From Octopus bimaculoides (lineage: Eukaryota), in assembly GCF_001194135.2 (NCBI RefSeq), contig NC_068983.1:38117858-38158127 (forward strand): DNA of 40,270 nucleotides, in the 5' to 3' direction. Positions 36,451-40,270 of the stretch are shown in pieces. Within the stretch, counting starts at the first letter, position 1; each line of letters opens with the position of its first letter. The notes under the pieces are model-generated. The model saw only the letters and a list, made by a program, of their open reading frames with translations, was not told where the DNA came from and did no database searches. Position numbers and translations under genes: made by a program.

Positions 36451-36804
36451 ATCATTGAGTAAATCTGATAATCTGCTAAAATTCTAAATGTTTCATGTCA
36501 AATCATAGGACAGATCATAACACCATATTACTCTCTCATCATCCCTGCTTCACCTATCTCTATCCTTCATCCTCCTTTCTTTCCAGGGGCGAAATTTCCT
36601 TCAAGTTGATAGGGTTTTGGCAACAGTAATAAAGCTGAGATGAGTAGTCTCCCTTAGATCGATTTTTTTTTTTTTTTACTGTGGTTGGAAGAAGCCGTTA
36701 TATTTTTAATGTTTATTTTATACTTAAAACAAACAACAGTAATTGATTGATTAATTAATCAATTATTGTTGTTGTTGTTGTGGTAAATTTTCAGAGTAAC
36801 ACCC

Positions 36805-37337
36805 GCACGATTTTCACTAAGGAAATAAGAAGTTTCAATGAATCCAGGACGGATTTCCCTAGCTCTAAAACCCTAACCCTGAAAAGATCAATGGGGGTGG
36901 GGTGGGTAAAATTTCCGAGGCTTCCACCTCACCCCACTCCGTTTTCCGGACCCCCAAAATATGTATATGTGTGTGTGTGAGTATCATAGTATCACAATAT
37001 TGACCAGACTATCAGCAGCTGTTATACACNNNNNNNNNNNNNNNNNNNNNNNNNNNNNNNNNNNNNNNNNNNNNNNNNNNNNNNNCCCACCACCACATTG
37101 ATCTTTTCACCTGCACGATTTTCACTAAGGAAATAAGAAGTTTCAATGAATCCAGGACGGATTTCCCTAGCTCTAAAACCCTAACCCTGAAAAGATCAAT
37201 GGGGGTGGGGTGGGTAAAATTTCCGAGGCTTCCACCTCACCCCACTCCGTTTTCCGGACCCCCAAAATATGTATATGTGTGTGTGTGAGTATCATAGTAT
37301 CACAATATTGACCAGACTATCAGCAGCTGTTATACAC
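36805..37337. repeat. Identical 225-bp direct duplication either side of a 56-nt N-gap
   Basis: 36805-37029 equals 37113-37337 by eye, and the first copy ends exactly at the gap. Confidence 0.9.
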
Positions 37338-37740
37338 CACTGATCATTATGCGCTTCTAATTCTGTATTGATTGCGCCATTCTTTTCCATTTTACACATG
37401 CACATATACAAAGATTTGTGTGTGTTTGTATGTAACTTTTACTGTTGTATGTCTGTGAAAGACATATATATATATATTAGTGAGAAAACCAATAAATTGG
37501 TGCTTTCAAACTAAAAATACCTTTTGGTATTTGTTTTGCCACATTACTCAAACACTCCCCTATCAGAAATTTTTCCACTCCTATTGTTTTCTGTGATAAT
37601 ATCTGTAATCATTTATCAGATCCTATAATTCTCACTCTAACCCATCTTTTAGTTGGACCTTAAAATAACAATGTTAAAATTCTAGCATTTGTTTGTAATT
37701 GTAAACTACCGTGTTTAACGAATATGATGTCTAATTTCAG

Positions 37741-37843
37741 CTTGAACTCCTGTTTTGTGTGCAAGATGATCAAGATCCAGCCATTGGTTTGGTAAAGCGT
37801 CTGCAGGAGAAATACCCAAAAGTTGACTCACACCTTTTTATAG
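37741..37843 (+). CDS. UGCG: UGCG-like coding exon 3 (D1 motif)
   Basis: Acceptor aatttcag and donor TAG|GTAAGT at 37844; 103 nt, phase 0 to 1. Encodes [35 protein letters not shown], matching [35 protein letters not shown]. Confidence 0.95.
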
Positions 37844-37912
37844 GTAAGTCATGTCTGCGAATGGCATTGTCATCATTGATGTCATCATGATGGTTGCCAT
37901 CATTGTCATATT

Positions 37913-38096
37913 CTTTTACTTGTTTCAGTCATTTGACTGTGGGCATGCTGGAGCACCACCTTTAGTCGAGCAAATCGACCCCAGGATTTATTGTTTGTAA
38001 GCCTGGTACTTATTCTGTCGGTGTTTTTTGCCGAACTGCTAAGTTGTAGGACGTACACGCACCAGCATCAGTTGTCCTGTGGGTGGGGGAACACAA

Positions 38097-38174
<78 letters not shown>

Positions 38175-38336
38175 GTATATATATGATTGGCTTCTTTCAG
38201 TTTCCATCTACCAAATCCACTCACAAGGCTTTGGTCAGCCTGGGGCTATAGTAGAAGACACTTGTCCAAGGTGCCATGCAGTGGGACTGAACCCAGAACC
38301 ATGTGGTTGGGAAGCGAGCTTCTTACCACACAGCCC
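37913..38336 (-). mobile_element. SINE-A full copy (intron after coding exon 3)
   Basis: Reverse complement of the family with a long internal (TA)n. Confidence 0.8.
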
Positions 38337-38654
38337 ACACCTGCGTGTGTATATATCTATCATCATCATTCTCTTTTTCAATTAACGTCTGTCTTCTATG
38401 CTTGCATGGATTGCATGATTTGATAGAAGTTAAGCAAGCCAGAGAGCTCTACCTGGTTCCATTATTTGCTTCATTATGGTTTCTATGGCTGGATGCCCTT
38501 CCCATCACCAACCACATTGCAAAGACATGCATGTAGAATGCTATGCAAAGCTTGTCCACGGTTATTGGCTACCTTATGTCATCATACAGTGGAAATGCTT
38601 GTTACTGGATATACACCAGGAATTCTGTAGTATCTATAGTGTTTATACAAATGG

Positions 38655-39323
38655 ATAAATGATAGAAAATGGAATGAACGACATTCTTTATTTAAAATCT
38701 CTACAATTGTTTCGACACGTTTTTACACCTGTAGTACATTGATGAGATGTTGTGCAGTCATTATAATAATAATCCTTTCTGTTATAGGCACAAGGCCTGA
38801 AATTTGGTGGGGAGGGGTCCAGTCAATTACATTGACCCCTATGCGTAACTGGTACTTAATTTATCGACCCTGAAAGGATGAAAGGCAAAGTCGACCCCAG
38901 CGGCATTTGAACTCAGAATGTGAAGACAGACAAAATACCACTAAGCATTTCTACCAACTCGCTGCCTTTCGTTATTATCACAATAATCCTTTCTACTATA
39001 GTAACAAGGCCTGGATTTTTGAGGGAAGGGCAAGTCGATTACATTAACCCAGTACTCAACTGGTACTTAATTTATTGACCCCGAAAAGATGAAATGCAAA
39101 GTTGACCTCGGTGGAATTTGAACTCAGAACATAGCCACTGACAAAATACCTCTAAGCATTTCGCCTGGCATGCTAACAATTTTGCCAGCATGCCGCCTTC
39201 CATCATTATCATAATAATGATTACACAACATCTCACTTATGTACCACTGGTGTAACAATGTGTCGAAACGATTGTAGTGATTTTAAATAAAAAATGTTGT
39301 TCATTCCATTTTCTATCATTTAT
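38655..39323. repeat. Foldback element (about 110-bp inverted arms) enclosing two tandem SINE-D copies
   Basis: 38655-38764 (ataaatgatagaaaatggaatgaac...cattat) is the near reverse complement of 39214-39323. Confidence 0.85.
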
Positions 39324-39564
39324 TTATACATACAGGAATGCTTGCATGCATCCATGATGGGCTTCTTCAGTTTCCTTCTCTCAGTTTTCACTCACAAAGA
39401 ATTTATCAACCTATAGCTGACAATCTCCAAGTAGTGGAATTGAACCCCTAAATGAACTTCTTAACCCCACAACTGTGTTTGCACCTATATCCATACCTGT
39501 TCTTCTTAATTTTTTATCTTCTGATTGAATATAATATGACCTTTTCTCTCCCTGATAATTCTAG

Positions 39565-39666
39565 GTGATAAGAATGAAATTGTAAATCCTCTGGTGAAGA
39601 ATATGTCTCCTGCTTACGCCGCTGCAAAATATGGTTACATTTGGATCAGTACAAGCCGCATCAAAG
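39565..39666 (+). CDS. UGCG: UGCG-like coding exon 4 (NPK and D2 region, motifs substituted); gene continues beyond window
   Basis: Acceptor ttctag and putative donor AAG|GTTTGT at 39667. Encodes (G)DKNEIVNPLVKNMSPAYAAAKYGYIWISTSRIK, which aligns without gaps to [33 protein letters not shown]. The donor position is less certain than the acceptor. Confidence 0.9.
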
Positions 39667-39702
39667 GTTTGTGATAAGCTTCAATCTTTTATCTTTTATC
39701 TT

Positions 39703-40030
39703 TTATTCGTTTCAGTCATTAGACTGTGGCCATGCTGGGGCACCACATTGAAGAACTTTTAATTGAATGAATCGATCCCAGTATGTATTTTTTAAAAACC
39801 TGGTAGTTATTCTTTCAGTTTCTTTTTGCCGAACTGTTAAGTTATGGAGATGTAAACTCATCAACACTAGTTGTCAAGTGCAGGACAAATGCAACCACAC
39901 ACACACATGAGTGTGCGCGATGGTCCACTCACAAGGCTTTTTTGTTGGCCCAAGGCTGTAGTAGAAAAACACCTGCCCATAGTGCCACTCAGTGGGACTG
40001 AACCCGGAACCATGTAGTTGGAAGCAAACT
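39703..40030 (-). mobile_element. SINE-A copy (intron after coding exon 4)
   Basis: ttcagtcatttagactgtggccatgctgg...gggactgaacccggaaccatg. Confidence 0.75.
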
Positions 40031-40270
40031 TCTTACTACCAAGCCATACTTGTGCCTATTTAATTCACACACACACACACACACACTAATATTGAACAGT
40101 GAGTATGAGTACATAAATATTCTTTATCTGTGGATTAACAAGTCTACCATTGATTTCATGCCAAGAATTCTCAACAATTATCAAACCTGCCACATGAGAC
40201 ATTAATACTTGTCTCCATCTTGGTTAAATAAATTATATATATATATATATCATCATCATCATTATTTAAC

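Noticed and set aside
36805-37337. Perfect 225-bp tandem duplication as a biological event
   Set aside because: The copies appear identical and the first ends exactly at an N-gap, which is typical of unmerged contig or haplotype overlap. Long reads would be needed to call it real.

Overview
Eukaryotic, AT-rich, repeat-dense draft genomic sequence with seven N-gaps (8122-8455, 11717-11941, 13871-14243, 21718-22712, 30316-31031, 34310-~35026, 37030-37085). The SINE and microsatellite content looks octopod (inference). The only gene I can confidently recognise is the 5' part of a + strand ceramide glucosyltransferase (UGCG/GT21)-like gene. It has four phase-compatible coding exons (25584-25687, 26450-26591, 37741-37843, 39565-39666; about 150 aa) and continues beyond the window. 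The protein keeps the D1 motif but replaces the near-invariant Lys of NPK and the D2 aspartate (NPKINN to [14 protein letters not shown] to WISTSRIK), so it may be a pseudoenzyme or an enzyme with altered specificity. Upstream lies an antisense Ty3/Gypsy LTR element with an internal deletion. The rest is tRNA-derived SINEs, an RTE-tailed element carrying an internal 66-bp VNTR, TTAA-flanked piggyBac-type MITEs, foldback elements, decayed CR1-like LINE and Tc1 fragments, and microsatellites. A few weak candidate exons in the left half are reported only as hypotheses. Nearly all entries in the ORF track are artefacts of repeats or N-gaps.
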